This document shows positions 26,541 through 35,764 of a DNA stretch of 52,148 nucleotides, one piece after another. Under the pieces are notes generated by a model, which ran no database searches, was not told the DNA's origin, and saw nothing but the letters and a program-made list of their open reading frames with translations. A program made the position numbers and the translations under genes. Source of the stretch: Parcubacteria group bacterium GW2011_GWA1_40_21 (GTDB lineage: Bacteria; Patescibacteriota; Minisyncoccia; Phycocordibacterales; GWA1-40-21); contig LBYO01000002.1 of assembly GCA_000996205.1 (NCBI GenBank), positions 1-52,148 on the forward strand. The letters are read 5' to 3'. Within the stretch, counting starts at the first letter, position 1. Each line of letters starts with the position of its first letter.

Positions 26541-26693
26541 TTATTAGGTTGTAAACTAGGTTTTAGTTTCTAGGTTATAGGTTTTAGAAATTGGGATTTG
26601 ATTAGACATTAGGTCAATTAGAAATTAGAAATTTATATCAGCTTCTCTTCCCTAAACCTAACACCTATAACCTAATCGCTATAACCTTCCCCA
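26541..26693. repeat. F-family composite repeat (AGGTTATAGGTTTTAG units, ATTAGAAATTAGAAATT core, CCTAAACCTAACACCTATAACCT units)
   Basis: The 27-nt string CATTAGGTCAATTAGAAATTAGAAATT (26608-26634) is identical at 38712-38738, and the flanks are also similar. Confidence 0.6.
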
Positions 26694-29600
26694 CTACTCC
26701 CCCTTCTTATCAATTATCTCCTGAATCATTTTATACTTCGCGCTGCCTTTGAAGCCTGTTCCTGCCGGTATTAGCCGTCCTATTATCACATTCTCCTTGA
26801 GTCCGACAAGCTTGTCTGTGTTTCCTCTTATGGCGGAGTTTATAAGGATTCTCGTAGTGTGCTGGAACGAGGCGGCTGACAAGAAACTTTTCCTTGAAAG
26901 AGAAACTTCGGTGATTCCCATAACGACAGGCTCGGCTTTCGCTTCTTCTCCTCCCGCCACTTTCGCTTTATTGTTTTCTCCAACAATTTCAAAATCAGTC
27001 GTCAATTCTCCGACGGACAAAGCGGTACTTCCTGAATTTTTTACTCTTTTTCTTGAGAACATCTGTCTTACGATAATTTCAATATGCTTTCTGGAAACAG
27101 TCTCACCTTGAAGTTCGTAGAGTTTGTTTACTTCGGAAATCACATAGTTCATAGCTTTTTCCTTGCCAGCATATTTAAAAACATCGTCAATATCAGCGGA
27201 GCCATCGGTGATTATGTCGCCTTTCTTGACCTTGTCGCCGACTTTGACAAGCGACATTCTCTTATAATTCATTGAATACTCAATCTCAGAGACTTTCTTT
27301 CCTTTTGGCTTGTCTTCCAGTTCCGGAATTATAGTTATGACTTTTTCCTTTTCTAAATCTTTGATGGAAGAAACAACGCCGCTTACTTCCGAGACGATAG
27401 CCGGATTTTTCGGCTTTCTTTTTTCAAAAACCTCTTCCACTCTGGGCAAGCCTTGAGTAATGTCTCCGCCGATTGACGCTATTCCTCCAGAGTGGAAAGT
27501 TCTCATAGTGAGCTGCGTGCCCGGCTCGCCTATGGCTTGAGCGGCTATCGTGCCGACCGCTTCTCCAAGTCCTATGAGTTTGTCTTTGCCGAGGTCAATG
27601 CCATAGCATTGCGCGCAAATGCCCTGAATCGTTTTGCAAGCAAGAGGTGATCTGACCGACACTTCGTCAACGCCTTCTTTCTCAATTTTCAACGCGTCAT
27701 TCTTTGAAAGAAGATGCCCTTTCTTGAACATAATGTTCTTTTTTGAATCAAGCGCGTCAGCCGCCAATACCCTGCCGCGTATGTTTTTGGCGATTGAAGC
27801 TTCCATTCCCGAAGCGCTTTCTTTTTTAATTGATATTCCTTCCTTGGTTCCGCAATCATCTTCAGTGATAAGCACATCTTGCCCGACATCAAAAAGTTTT
27901 CTCGTGAGATACCCCGCCTTCGCCGTGTTCAAAGCCGTGTCGGTGAGGCCTTTGCGCGAACCGTGAGTCGTTATGAAATATTCAATCGGAGTAAGTCCTT
28001 CTTTGGTGGAGCTTATTACCGGAAATTCAATGGTGTCGCCGGCCGTATTTTGAATGAGACCTTTCATACCGGCCATCTGAGTAATAGCCCCAAGCGAACC
28101 TCTGGCTCCGGACTTCCACATATCGTGAACCGAACCGTTAGGATCAAGGCTTTCCGGTATGAGCTTCTCAATCTCATTTTTGGCGCCATGCCAAATTTCA
28201 ATATTTTTTCTCAATTTTTCATCTTTATTGAGCAATCCTTCTTTGTATTGCTCCACGACTTCTTCGTATTTTTCCTTCGCCGCACTAATCACGGCTCCTT
28301 TTCTCTCCGGAATTTTAATATCGTCAATTCCCCAGCTGATTCCGGAAAGCGTCGCGTATTTGAAGCCGAAGGACTTAATCCTGTCCATAACATCCGGAAC
28401 TTTTTCTATGCCATAAATGTTTATCATATCGTCAACGATTCCAGACATAACTTTCTTGGTTATCTCTTTGTTTTCATAATGATAATCATCAGGCAAAATG
28501 CTGTTGAAAAGAAGCCTGCCTACAGTAGTTTCAAAAATCTTGCCGCCGAATTCTTTATATCTAAGACTGTCAGTAGGCATAACTTTTATTTTGGCTCTAA
28601 GGCTGACCGCTCCGAAATCATTAGCTGTGATAGCCTCGTTCGGTGATGAGAAATATTTTCCCTCGCCCTTGTCGCCCGGGACCACTTTTGTAATCCAGTA
28701 ACAACCCAAGATAATATCCAAAAGTTTGGCTGAAATTACCGGTTCGCCGTTTCCCGGCTTCAATATGTTTTTGTCTGAAGCCATAATTTCTCTGGCTTCG
28801 GCTTGTGCCTCTTCGCCCAATGGAACATGCACAGCCATATTGTCGCCGTCAAAGTCGGCATTGAAAGCGGTACAGACCAGAGGATGAACTTGAATGGCGT
28901 TGCCTTCTATAAGGACGGGCTTGAAAGCTTGAATGCCCAGCCGGTGAAGAGTGGGCGCTCTGTTCAAAAGCACATATTTGTCTTTTATCACATTCTCAAG
29001 AATAGCCCAGACTTCCGGAATTCCGTCATCAATCAACCTGCCTGCTCCTCTTATGTTGTAGGCGAGCTCGCTTCTCAAAAGCTCCGAGATGACAAAAGGT
29101 CTGAAGAGTTCAAGAACCATATGTTTCGGAAGCCCGCATTGATTGAGCCTGAGTTCCGGGCCAACGACTATGACTGATCGGCCGGAATAATCCACTCTCT
29201 TTCCAAGCAAATTAGCCCTAAAAAGACCTCTCTTGCCTTTCAAATTATCAGCAATGGATTTCAGGGGTCGTTTTTGAGCCGGACTCATGGAGGTAAACAA
29301 AGAGCCGCCACTTTTTATTGAATTATCAATAAGCGAATCAACGGCCTCTTGAAGAATTCTTTTTTCGTTTCTTAAAATCACATCCGGAGCTTTTATCTCT
29401 TTCAGCTTTTTCAACCTGTTGTTTCTGTTGATGACTCTCCTGTATAAATCATTGACATCGGAAGTGGCGTATCGTCCGCCGTCAAGCGGAACCATCGGCC
29501 TCAAAGCCGGCGGTATCACGGGAACTCGGAGAAGAAACATCCATTCCGGCCTTATGGAAGAAGACATCATCGCCTTTATCACGCTTAAGCGCTTGTTTAT

Positions 29601-30389
29601 TTTTTCTTTTTCCACGGAACTTGATTTTTCATAACTCGCCTCAAGCTTTGAAACAAGTTTTTTCAAGTCAATATTCTTCAGAATGTTATAAACTGCTTCA
29701 GCGCCGATTCCGGCTTCAAACAAAGTGCCGTATTTCACGGAAAATTTATGATATACGATCTCATCAAGCACTTTTCCCTCTTGGATGCTTTCAATATCCT
29801 TTTTGGCGTTAAGCAGAAGCTCCTTGAGAGCGTCTTTTGTTTTTTCATCATTGGCTGATTTGACTTTTGATTTGTATTCGCCGTCAAGCTCCTTTAGGAA
29901 TCTTTCTCTTTCCGATTCATTGACTTGAGTGATGATATAGCCGGCAAAATAGACGACTTTTTCAAGGTCGGTGGCGGTCATTCCGAGCACAAGGCCGATT
30001 CTGGAAGGAGTGCCTTTCAAAAACCAAATGTGCGATACGGGACTGGCAAGCTCTATATGCCCCATTCTTTCTCTTCTTACGATTGATCTGGTTATTTCAA
30101 CTCCGCACTTTTCGCAAATTATTCCTTTGTATCTCACTCCTTTGTATTTTCCGCAATAACATTCATAGTCTCTGTCCGGTCCGAAAATCTTTTCGTCAAA
30201 AAGACCGTTTTTTTCGCTTCTCTGCGTCCTGTAATTTATAGTTTCCGGTTTAGTCACTTCCCCGAATGACCATTCTTTAATTCGCTCCGGAGAAGCGAGC
30301 TTTAAAGTGACGGTATCAAAATCGTTCTGGTCCGATGCCGACCTTGCCTTAAAATTATATTGATTTTTAAATTCATTTATATTGCTCAT
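26694..30389 (-). CDS. rpoC: DNA-directed RNA polymerase subunit beta'
   Basis: The 1231-aa ORF carries the NADFDGD catalytic loop and the zinc motif CYCGKYKGVRYKGIICEKCGVE. Confidence 0.97.
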   Translation of the reverse strand: MSNINEFKNQYNFKARSASDQNDFDTVTLKLASPERIKEWSFGEVTKPETINYRTQRSEKNGLFDEKIFGPDRDYECYCGKYKGVRYKGIICEKCGVEITRSIVRRERMGHIELASPVSHIWFLKGTPSRIGLVLGMTATDLEKVVYFAGYIITQVNESERERFLKELDGEYKSKVKSANDEKTKDALKELLLNAKKDIESIQEGKVLDEIVYHKFSVKYGTLFEAGIGAEAVYNILKNIDLKKLVSKLEASYEKSSSVEKEKINKRLSVIKAMMSSSIRPEWMFLLRVPVIPPALRPMVPLDGGRYATSDVNDLYRRVINRNNRLKKLKEIKAPDVILRNEKRILQEAVDSLIDNSIKSGGSLFTSMSPAQKRPLKSIADNLKGKRGLFRANLLGKRVDYSGRSVIVVGPELRLNQCGLPKHMVLELFRPFVISELLRSELAYNIRGAGRLIDDGIPEVWAILENVIKDKYVLLNRAPTLHRLGIQAFKPVLIEGNAIQVHPLVCTAFNADFDGDNMAVHVPLGEEAQAEAREIMASDKNILKPGNGEPVISAKLLDIILGCYWITKVVPGDKGEGKYFSSPNEAITANDFGAVSLRAKIKVMPTDSLRYKEFGGKIFETTVGRLLFNSILPDDYHYENKEITKKVMSGIVDDMINIYGIEKVPDVMDRIKSFGFKYATLSGISWGIDDIKIPERKGAVISAAKEKYEEVVEQYKEGLLNKDEKLRKNIEIWHGAKNEIEKLIPESLDPNGSVHDMWKSGARGSLGAITQMAGMKGLIQNTAGDTIEFPVISSTKEGLTPIEYFITTHGSRKGLTDTALNTAKAGYLTRKLFDVGQDVLITEDDCGTKEGISIKKESASGMEASIAKNIRGRVLAADALDSKKNIMFKKGHLLSKNDALKIEKEGVDEVSVRSPLACKTIQGICAQCYGIDLGKDKLIGLGEAVGTIAAQAIGEPGTQLTMRTFHSGGIASIGGDITQGLPRVEEVFEKRKPKNPAIVSEVSGVVSSIKDLEKEKVITIIPELEDKPKGKKVSEIEYSMNYKRMSLVKVGDKVKKGDIITDGSADIDDVFKYAGKEKAMNYVISEVNKLYELQGETVSRKHIEIIVRQMFSRKRVKNSGSTALSVGELTTDFEIVGENNKAKVAGGEEAKAEPVVMGITEVSLSRKSFLSAASFQHTTRILINSAIRGNTDKLVGLKENVIIGRLIPAGTGFKGSAKYKMIQEIIDKKGE

Positions 30390-30401
30390 AGTTGTTTTTT
30401 A

Positions 30402-33400
30402 TTATTCATCTCCATAATTACGGTCGTCTTTCTTCTCCTTTTTTAATTCAACGTCAAGCGACAATCCCCTCAAATTGTTCAAAAGCACATTGAATGACGC
30501 CGGCGTGTGAGGCTGTTTTATTTTTTCTCCCTTGACGATAGAGTCAAAAGCGGCCGACCTTCCCACAATGTCGTCTGATTTGATGGTGAGCATTTCGCGC
30601 AAAGTATGAGCCACTCCGTGACCCAAAAGCGCCCAGACTTCCATTTCTCCGAATCTCTGCCCTCCGGCTTGAGCCTTGCCTCCAAGAGGCTGTTGAGTTA
30701 TGAGAGAATAAGGACCGATGGAACGCATATGTATCTTGTCTTCAACCATATGATGAAGTTTGAGCATATACATATAACCTATGGCGATATCCTGATCAAA
30801 AGGCACTCCGGTCCTTCCGTCATAGAGTTTAATCTTTCCGTTTTGATTGAAGCCGGCTTTCTTAAGTTCTTCTTTTATTTCAGCGTCAGTGGCTCCGGCA
30901 AACGGCGGAACAATCGCCTGATAGTTTAGAGCGTGAGCGGCAAGACCGAGGTGGAGTTCCAAAATCTGCCCCAAATTCATACGAGAAGGCACTCCGAGCG
31001 GAGTAAGAATAATATCAACAGGCGTGCCGTCCGGAAGGTAAGGCATATCTTCCTCCGGAAGAATTTTTGAAATGACTCCTTTGTTTCCGTGCCGTCCGGC
31101 GAGCTTGTCTCCGACTGAAACATTTCGGAGTTGCGCCACTTCTATGTGGATTCTTTTTATTATTCCAGACTCCAGCTTGTCTCCTTTCTCCCTTGAAAAT
31201 ATCTTGACGCTGATAATTCTTCCTCTCTTTCCTCCTTCAAGCCGTTTGGAAGTATCTTTGACATCTCTGGCTTTTTCTCCAAAAATTGACCTTAAAAGAC
31301 GCTCTTCCGGAGTAAGCTGGGTTTCGCCTTTTGGCGTGATTTTTCCGACAAGAATATCGCCCTGGCGCACTTCCGCACCTACTCTGACTATTCCGTCCTC
31401 ATCCAAATTCTTCAATTTGCCCTCTCCCACATTCGGAATATCGTGAGTGGTGATTTCCGGACCGAGCTTGGTGTCTCTCACATTAACGACAAAATCTTCT
31501 ATATGAATGGATGTGAATTTGCTGTTTTTGACAAGCCGTTCGGAAATTATTATGGCGTCTTCGTAATTTGCTCCGGACCAAGACACGAAAGCCACCAAAA
31601 CATTTTGCCCAAGGGCCATTTCGCCGTTTTTGCTGGACGAGGTGTCGGCAAGAAGGTCGCCTTTCTTGACTTTTTGTCCGAGGTCTACGGTAGGTCTCTG
31701 ATGAAAAGCCATAAAGCTGTTTGTTCTTGAGAATTGAACGAGATTATATGTCTTTTCTTTGCCTTTATTATTTTCAACGATTATTTTCTTGGAATCAACG
31801 TAAGAAACGGTTCCATCTTCATCGGAAGTTATTATTCTTCCCGTATCAAGCGCCGCTTTTGATTCAATACCTGTGGCCACAAGCGGGGCTTCCGGCGATA
31901 TGCAGGGAACGGCTTGTTTTTGCATGTTGGATCCCATAAGCGCGCGGTTCGCGTCATCGTGGTTCAAAAACGGGATCATTGATGTCGCTATGGAGAAAGC
32001 TTGGTTCGTGGCCACATCAATAAAATCAACTTCTTCTTTTTTAACAAGCTGGGGTTCGCCGTTGACACGCACTTCCACGTCATCATTCACTATGAGTCCG
32101 TTTTCGTCATATTCATTGGCGGCGTGCGCAATTTTATAATTTTCTTCTTCCAGCGCGTTCAGATAGTTGATTTCTTTGGTGACTTTTCCGTTTTTCACTT
32201 TAGCGTAAGGAGTTTCAACCATTCCGAATTCATTGATTCTGGCGTAAGTGGCAAGCCTCAAAATAAGTCCGATGTTCGGACCCTCGGGAGTGTGAATCGG
32301 GCAGACTCTGCCATAATGCGAAGAGTGGACATCTCGCACTTCAAAGCCGGCTCTTTCCCTTGAAAGGCCTCCCGGACCGAGGGCTGAAAGAGTTCTCAAA
32401 TGCTCAAGCTCGGTGAGTATGTTTTCCTGCTGCATAAATTGAGAAAGCTGGTTTGTGGTGAAAAATTCTTTTATGCGCGCTTGAAGCGGTCTTGGCGAAA
32501 TAAACTGAACGGGCGTAGTAATTTCAGGGTCAATAGTGGACATTCTGTCCTGAATATTTCTTTTCATTTGCGACATTCCCACGCGCATTTTCTGCTGAAG
32601 AAGCTCACCCACGAATTTCACCCTTCTTGAGCCGAAATGGTCTATATCGTCTTCAAGAGCATCAGGATTGGCGTTCAATTCGGCGATATTGTTTACGATC
32701 ACGGCCATATCGTCAAGAGAAATGGTCTTTCTCTCCAGTTCTTTTTCATCAAGGCTTTTATTAAATCTCTTGTTGAATCTGAACCTGCCGACTTTTGAAA
32801 GGTCGTATCTTTCTTCATTAAAAATTGAACGGATAAATTCTTTGGCATTTTCAACATTGGCCAAATCTCCGTCTCTAAGCTTTTTGTGTATCTCAATAAA
32901 TGACTCTTCCGCGGTCTTCGCGTGGTCTTTGGCCAATGTTTGTTCTATTGATTTCTTAGCGTTCTCTTTGCCCTTGAAAAGATCCATGATTTCCTTGTCG
33001 GTATTCGCTCCGATAACCCTAAGGAGAGATGTCATCGCGAACTTCCTCTTTTTATCAATCTTCACGTAAATCGCGCCGTCGGCATCCGTTTCTATTTCTA
33101 TCCAAGCTCCCCGCGCCGGAATTATTTTTGCTCCAAAATAATTTTTTCCTTTTATCTCGCTTGAAGTGAAAAATATTCCGTAGGAACGGGCAAGCTGGGG
33201 AACAATGACTCTTTCAATGCCGTTGATAATGAAAGTTCCGTGAGAAGTCATTATCGGAAAATCCGCCAAAAATATTTCCTGTTCTTTGACTGAATCCAAT
33301 GTCTTGTTTTTAAGCCTCGCTTTTATCTTAAGCGTGGCTTCGTAGGAGATTTTGTTTTCCTTGGCATAATGCTCATCGTATTTAGCCTCCGAAATTTCAA

Positions 33401-33620
33401 AGCCGGTGAACGCAAGTTCAAATTTCTTGTCTCCGTAATCCTTAATCGGAGAAAAATCTTTAAAAACTTCCGCGATGCCTTGCTCAAGAAGCCATTTGAA
33501 CGAGTCCAGCTGCGGCTTTACCAGGTTTGGTATTGAGGTCAAAGGTTCTTTAAATTTGCCGAAGTATTTTTTTTCTTTCTTCTTTTCAATATCAAAAATC
33601 GGTTTTATTTGAGTCTTCAT
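30402..33620 (-). CDS. rpoB: DNA-directed RNA polymerase subunit beta
   Basis: Canonical RpoB motifs are present throughout, for example GRHGNKGV and QRFGEMEVWAL. The ORF track starts at the TTG at 33641; the first ATG is at 33620, so the start is uncertain by 7 codons. Confidence 0.95.
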   Translation of the reverse strand: MKTQIKPIFDIEKKKEKKYFGKFKEPLTSIPNLVKPQLDSFKWLLEQGIAEVFKDFSPIKDYGDKKFELAFTGFEISEAKYDEHYAKENKISYEATLKIKARLKNKTLDSVKEQEIFLADFPIMTSHGTFIINGIERVIVPQLARSYGIFFTSSEIKGKNYFGAKIIPARGAWIEIETDADGAIYVKIDKKRKFAMTSLLRVIGANTDKEIMDLFKGKENAKKSIEQTLAKDHAKTAEESFIEIHKKLRDGDLANVENAKEFIRSIFNEERYDLSKVGRFRFNKRFNKSLDEKELERKTISLDDMAVIVNNIAELNANPDALEDDIDHFGSRRVKFVGELLQQKMRVGMSQMKRNIQDRMSTIDPEITTPVQFISPRPLQARIKEFFTTNQLSQFMQQENILTELEHLRTLSALGPGGLSRERAGFEVRDVHSSHYGRVCPIHTPEGPNIGLILRLATYARINEFGMVETPYAKVKNGKVTKEINYLNALEEENYKIAHAANEYDENGLIVNDDVEVRVNGEPQLVKKEEVDFIDVATNQAFSIATSMIPFLNHDDANRALMGSNMQKQAVPCISPEAPLVATGIESKAALDTGRIITSDEDGTVSYVDSKKIIVENNKGKEKTYNLVQFSRTNSFMAFHQRPTVDLGQKVKKGDLLADTSSSKNGEMALGQNVLVAFVSWSGANYEDAIIISERLVKNSKFTSIHIEDFVVNVRDTKLGPEITTHDIPNVGEGKLKNLDEDGIVRVGAEVRQGDILVGKITPKGETQLTPEERLLRSIFGEKARDVKDTSKRLEGGKRGRIISVKIFSREKGDKLESGIIKRIHIEVAQLRNVSVGDKLAGRHGNKGVISKILPEEDMPYLPDGTPVDIILTPLGVPSRMNLGQILELHLGLAAHALNYQAIVPPFAGATDAEIKEELKKAGFNQNGKIKLYDGRTGVPFDQDIAIGYMYMLKLHHMVEDKIHMRSIGPYSLITQQPLGGKAQAGGQRFGEMEVWALLGHGVAHTLREMLTIKSDDIVGRSAAFDSIVKGEKIKQPHTPASFNVLLNNLRGLSLDVELKKEKKDDRNYGDE

Positions 33621-33643
33621 ATTTTTTAACAAATTTAACAAAC

Positions 33644-33670
33644 AAAAAAATTGCCTTTTGCCAAAGGCAT
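33644..33670 (-). terminator. terminator-like hairpin plus U7 inside the rpoB leader (candidate attenuator)
   Basis: The minus-strand RNA reads UGCCUUU-ggc-AAAGGCA followed by AUUUUUUUGUUUG, and ends about 20 nt before the start codon. Confidence 0.45.
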
Positions 33671-33778
33671 TAACAATAATCTTTTAAATTATTTCTTTAT
33701 GCAAAGCAAGATATGCTTTTATCTTTTTTAAAATGAAAATTGCTTTACACAATAACTCAATCTTGCAATTATGGAGAT

Positions 33779-33806
33779 AGTATAAACAAACCGTTTATTT
33801 TGTCAA
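33779..33806 (-). promoter_or_regulatory. candidate rpoB promoter TTGACA-16 nt-TATACT
   Basis: On the minus strand the hexamers lie at 33801-33806 and 33779-33784. Confidence 0.4.
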
Positions 33807-33817
33807 TGCCAAAAAGA

Positions 33818-33892
33818 AGGTTGTAGGTTTTAGGTAGTATAGGTTGCCGCGCCCGCCATTGCTACGCTCAGGCGTTGCGGGCGGGTAGGTTT
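33818..33892. repeat. F-family repeat with a GC-rich hairpin (CGCCCGC ... GCGGGCG)
   Basis: GAAGGTTGTAGGTTTTAGGTAGTATAGGTTG is followed by the hairpin. It is related to 267-305. Confidence 0.5.
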
Positions 33893-33932
33893 TTGTAATT
33901 TTCAGTCAATGAACATTTCCACAAGAAAACCA

Positions 33933-34475
33933 TTAATCAAATTTTATCGGAACAACTAACTCGTCATCATTTTGAGACAGACCTGAAGGATTGTCTTTTT
34001 TAAGAATCAGCTTGCCTGTCTTGACTGAAGGCTTTTCAAAATTGAGAGTCGCTTTAAACGGCACGAATTCCGTGGTCATCCATTCCCCTTCAGCTTGCGC
34101 TATCCCCACGGCGATTTCATTGCCATCGTCATCAAAAAGTCTTATCGGAAATGACGCCTCAAAAAACCAATAACCTCTGGCAAGACCGGAAACGACAAAA
34201 GGGCTTTTGACTATCTTGTTCGGCAAAGGTGCGCTCACTTTTATCAGATCGCTTTTATCGGCAAACGCAGTATCATCTTTTTCAACATCTTCCGTAAAAG
34301 ACTTCCCGTCCGGCGTTCGGCATTGTCTTGGATAAGATTCCAAAATTGAGTAGCCTTTAAGCGCGCACTCTTTGAAATTTATTGGTTCTGTATCGTCCCT
34401 CCTGCCGACATCAAAAACAAGCGCCGCGATTACAAATATAAATATTATTGAAATTGCAATTATTATTTTTTTCAT
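33933..34475 (-). CDS. secreted/anchored protein with a Gmad2-like immunoglobulin-fold domain
   Basis: There is an N-terminal TM/signal segment, and the C-terminal segment VVSGLARGYWFFEASFPIRLFDDDGNEI...EFVPFKATLNF resembles Gmad2 domains. The call is made from memory. Confidence 0.45.
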   Translation of the reverse strand: MKKIIIAISIIFIFVIAALVFDVGRRDDTEPINFKECALKGYSILESYPRQCRTPDGKSFTEDVEKDDTAFADKSDLIKVSAPLPNKIVKSPFVVSGLARGYWFFEASFPIRLFDDDGNEIAVGIAQAEGEWMTTEFVPFKATLNFEKPSVKTGKLILKKDNPSGLSQNDDELVVPIKFD

Positions 34476-34501
34476 AATTTTTACAAAAACCTATATTTGT
34501 A

Positions 34502-34530
34502 AATATTTGGACATCGGATGTCCAAATATT
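34502..34530. repeat. C-family palindrome AATATTTGGACATC-G-GATGTCCAAATATT
   Basis: The arms are a perfect 14 nt. It is related to 43761-43803. Confidence 0.6.
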
Positions 34531-35101
34531 ATTTTAAAGATTTCCTTAATAAATATTTGATTAGAGTGTAAATCCCATATATTGCCATCGCCCCTATGAA
34601 TGTTGAAATGATAATCTTAAATTCGTAGCGCTTCAACTTCCCCAAAAATATTTCCAAAACATCACCGAAGAAATAACCGGAAATTCCAACAATCAAAACC
34701 CAAAGAATTGATCCGAGAGTATTAAATAAAAGAAAAACCGGCGTCTTGATGGTGGACATACCAAGACTCAAGGGAACGACAGTTCTAAAACCGTACATAA
34801 AGCGAAGCGCGAAAGAAATGAATGGGGCTCTTTTGTCAATATGTCTTTGCGGCTTTAGCATCAGATTTTTTAATTTGGGCCATCTTTCAATCACTTTCTT
34901 GCCTTTATGCCTTCCGACAAAGAACCAAGCCCAATCGCTCACTATAGCTCCCATAAACGCGAAGAAAAAAACAAGCGGGAGCTTCAAAAAACCTCCATAT
35001 GCCGCGAGGCCTCCCAAGACCAAGACCGCTTCCCCTTCAAATATTCCACCCAGAAAAACAGCGACGTAGCCATAAGAATCTATGAGTGAAATAAGCGACA
35101 T
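34529..35101 (-). CDS. DedA family membrane protein
   Basis: It carries YGYVAVFLGGIFEGEAVLVLGG and the FMYGFRTVVPLSLG motifs. The start was trimmed to the ATG at 35101. Confidence 0.8.
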   Translation of the reverse strand: MSLISLIDSYGYVAVFLGGIFEGEAVLVLGGLAAYGGFLKLPLVFFFAFMGAIVSDWAWFFVGRHKGKKVIERWPKLKNLMLKPQRHIDKRAPFISFALRFMYGFRTVVPLSLGMSTIKTPVFLLFNTLGSILWVLIVGISGYFFGDVLEIFLGKLKRYEFKIIISTFIGAMAIYGIYTLIKYLLRKSLK

Positions 35102-35157
35102 CAAACAATTCTACACGAATTTTGCGCTGAAACAAAATCGCCCGCGCAGTTCATCTC

Positions 35158-35213
35158 TAATAAAATGTGTATCTTATTTAAGCGATCGCCTAATTAAGAT
35201 ACACATTTTATTA
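35158..35213. repeat. 56-nt palindrome (23-nt arms, loop containing GCGATCGC) in the dedA/cupin divergent region
   Basis: TAATAAAATGTGTATCTTATTTA pairs with TAATTAAGATACACATTTTATTA. Confidence 0.6.
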
Positions 35214-35306
35214 AACTTAAATTAAGATATTAAAAATTTGGATTGATTTTTTAAAACTGATACACTAAACAACAAAATTCATTATAAATATAATCTAAAT
35301 AAAAAT

Positions 35307-35642
35307 ATGGAAAACAAAATATCAAAAAATTTATCGGGACAAACAATCAGTTTGTCCAACTTGATAGATTATCAAACAGGTTCGGTAGTCAGCCGAGAAA
35401 TTCTCAAAAAAGCGAGCGGTGGCATAACTCTGTTCGCCTTTGACGAGGGCGAAGGACTGAGCGAGCACACCGCGCCGTTTGACGCCGCCCTGCACATACT
35501 GGAAGGAGAAGCCGAGATAAAACTTTCCGGCAAAAGCAATAATCTCAAAATGGGAGAGATGATAATTATGCCCGCCGGCGAACCTCACTCCGTAAAAGCA
35601 TTGGGGAAATTCAAAATGCTTTTGACGATGATTAAATCTTAG
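35307..35642 (+). CDS. cupin domain protein
   Basis: The 111-aa ORF carries the cupin motifs GLSEHTAPFD and MPAGEPHSV. Confidence 0.75.
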   Translation: MENKISKNLSGQTISLSNLIDYQTGSVVSREILKKASGGITLFAFDEGEGLSEHTAPFDAALHILEGEAEIKLSGKSNNLKMGEMIIMPAGEPHSVKALGKFKMLLTMIKS

Positions 35643-35667
35643 CTCTTTTTAAATTGCAAATCCTGTG

Positions 35668-35698
35668 AATTCTGTGGGTATCTGATATCCACAGAATT
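35668..35698. repeat. D-family palindrome AATTCTGTGGGTATC/GATATCCACAGAATT
   Basis: It sits between convergent genes. It is related to 38108-38144. Confidence 0.65.
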
Positions 35699-35764
35699 AG
35701 TGAAAATGGGAGCAACAATGACAATTCAGGCAAGTGCCGTTTTTTCAAAAAACCCGCAATGTCT

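Noticed and set aside
27879-28646. Long antisense ORFs inside rpoC, rpoB, smc, the kinase gene, dnaG and others (for example 27879-28646, 5949-6449, 32668-33069, 44730-45122, 45551-46000)
   Set aside because: They overlap strongly supported genes on the opposite strand, have low-complexity or odd composition, and lack start-site signals. They are shadow ORFs of the kind common in AT-rich DNA.
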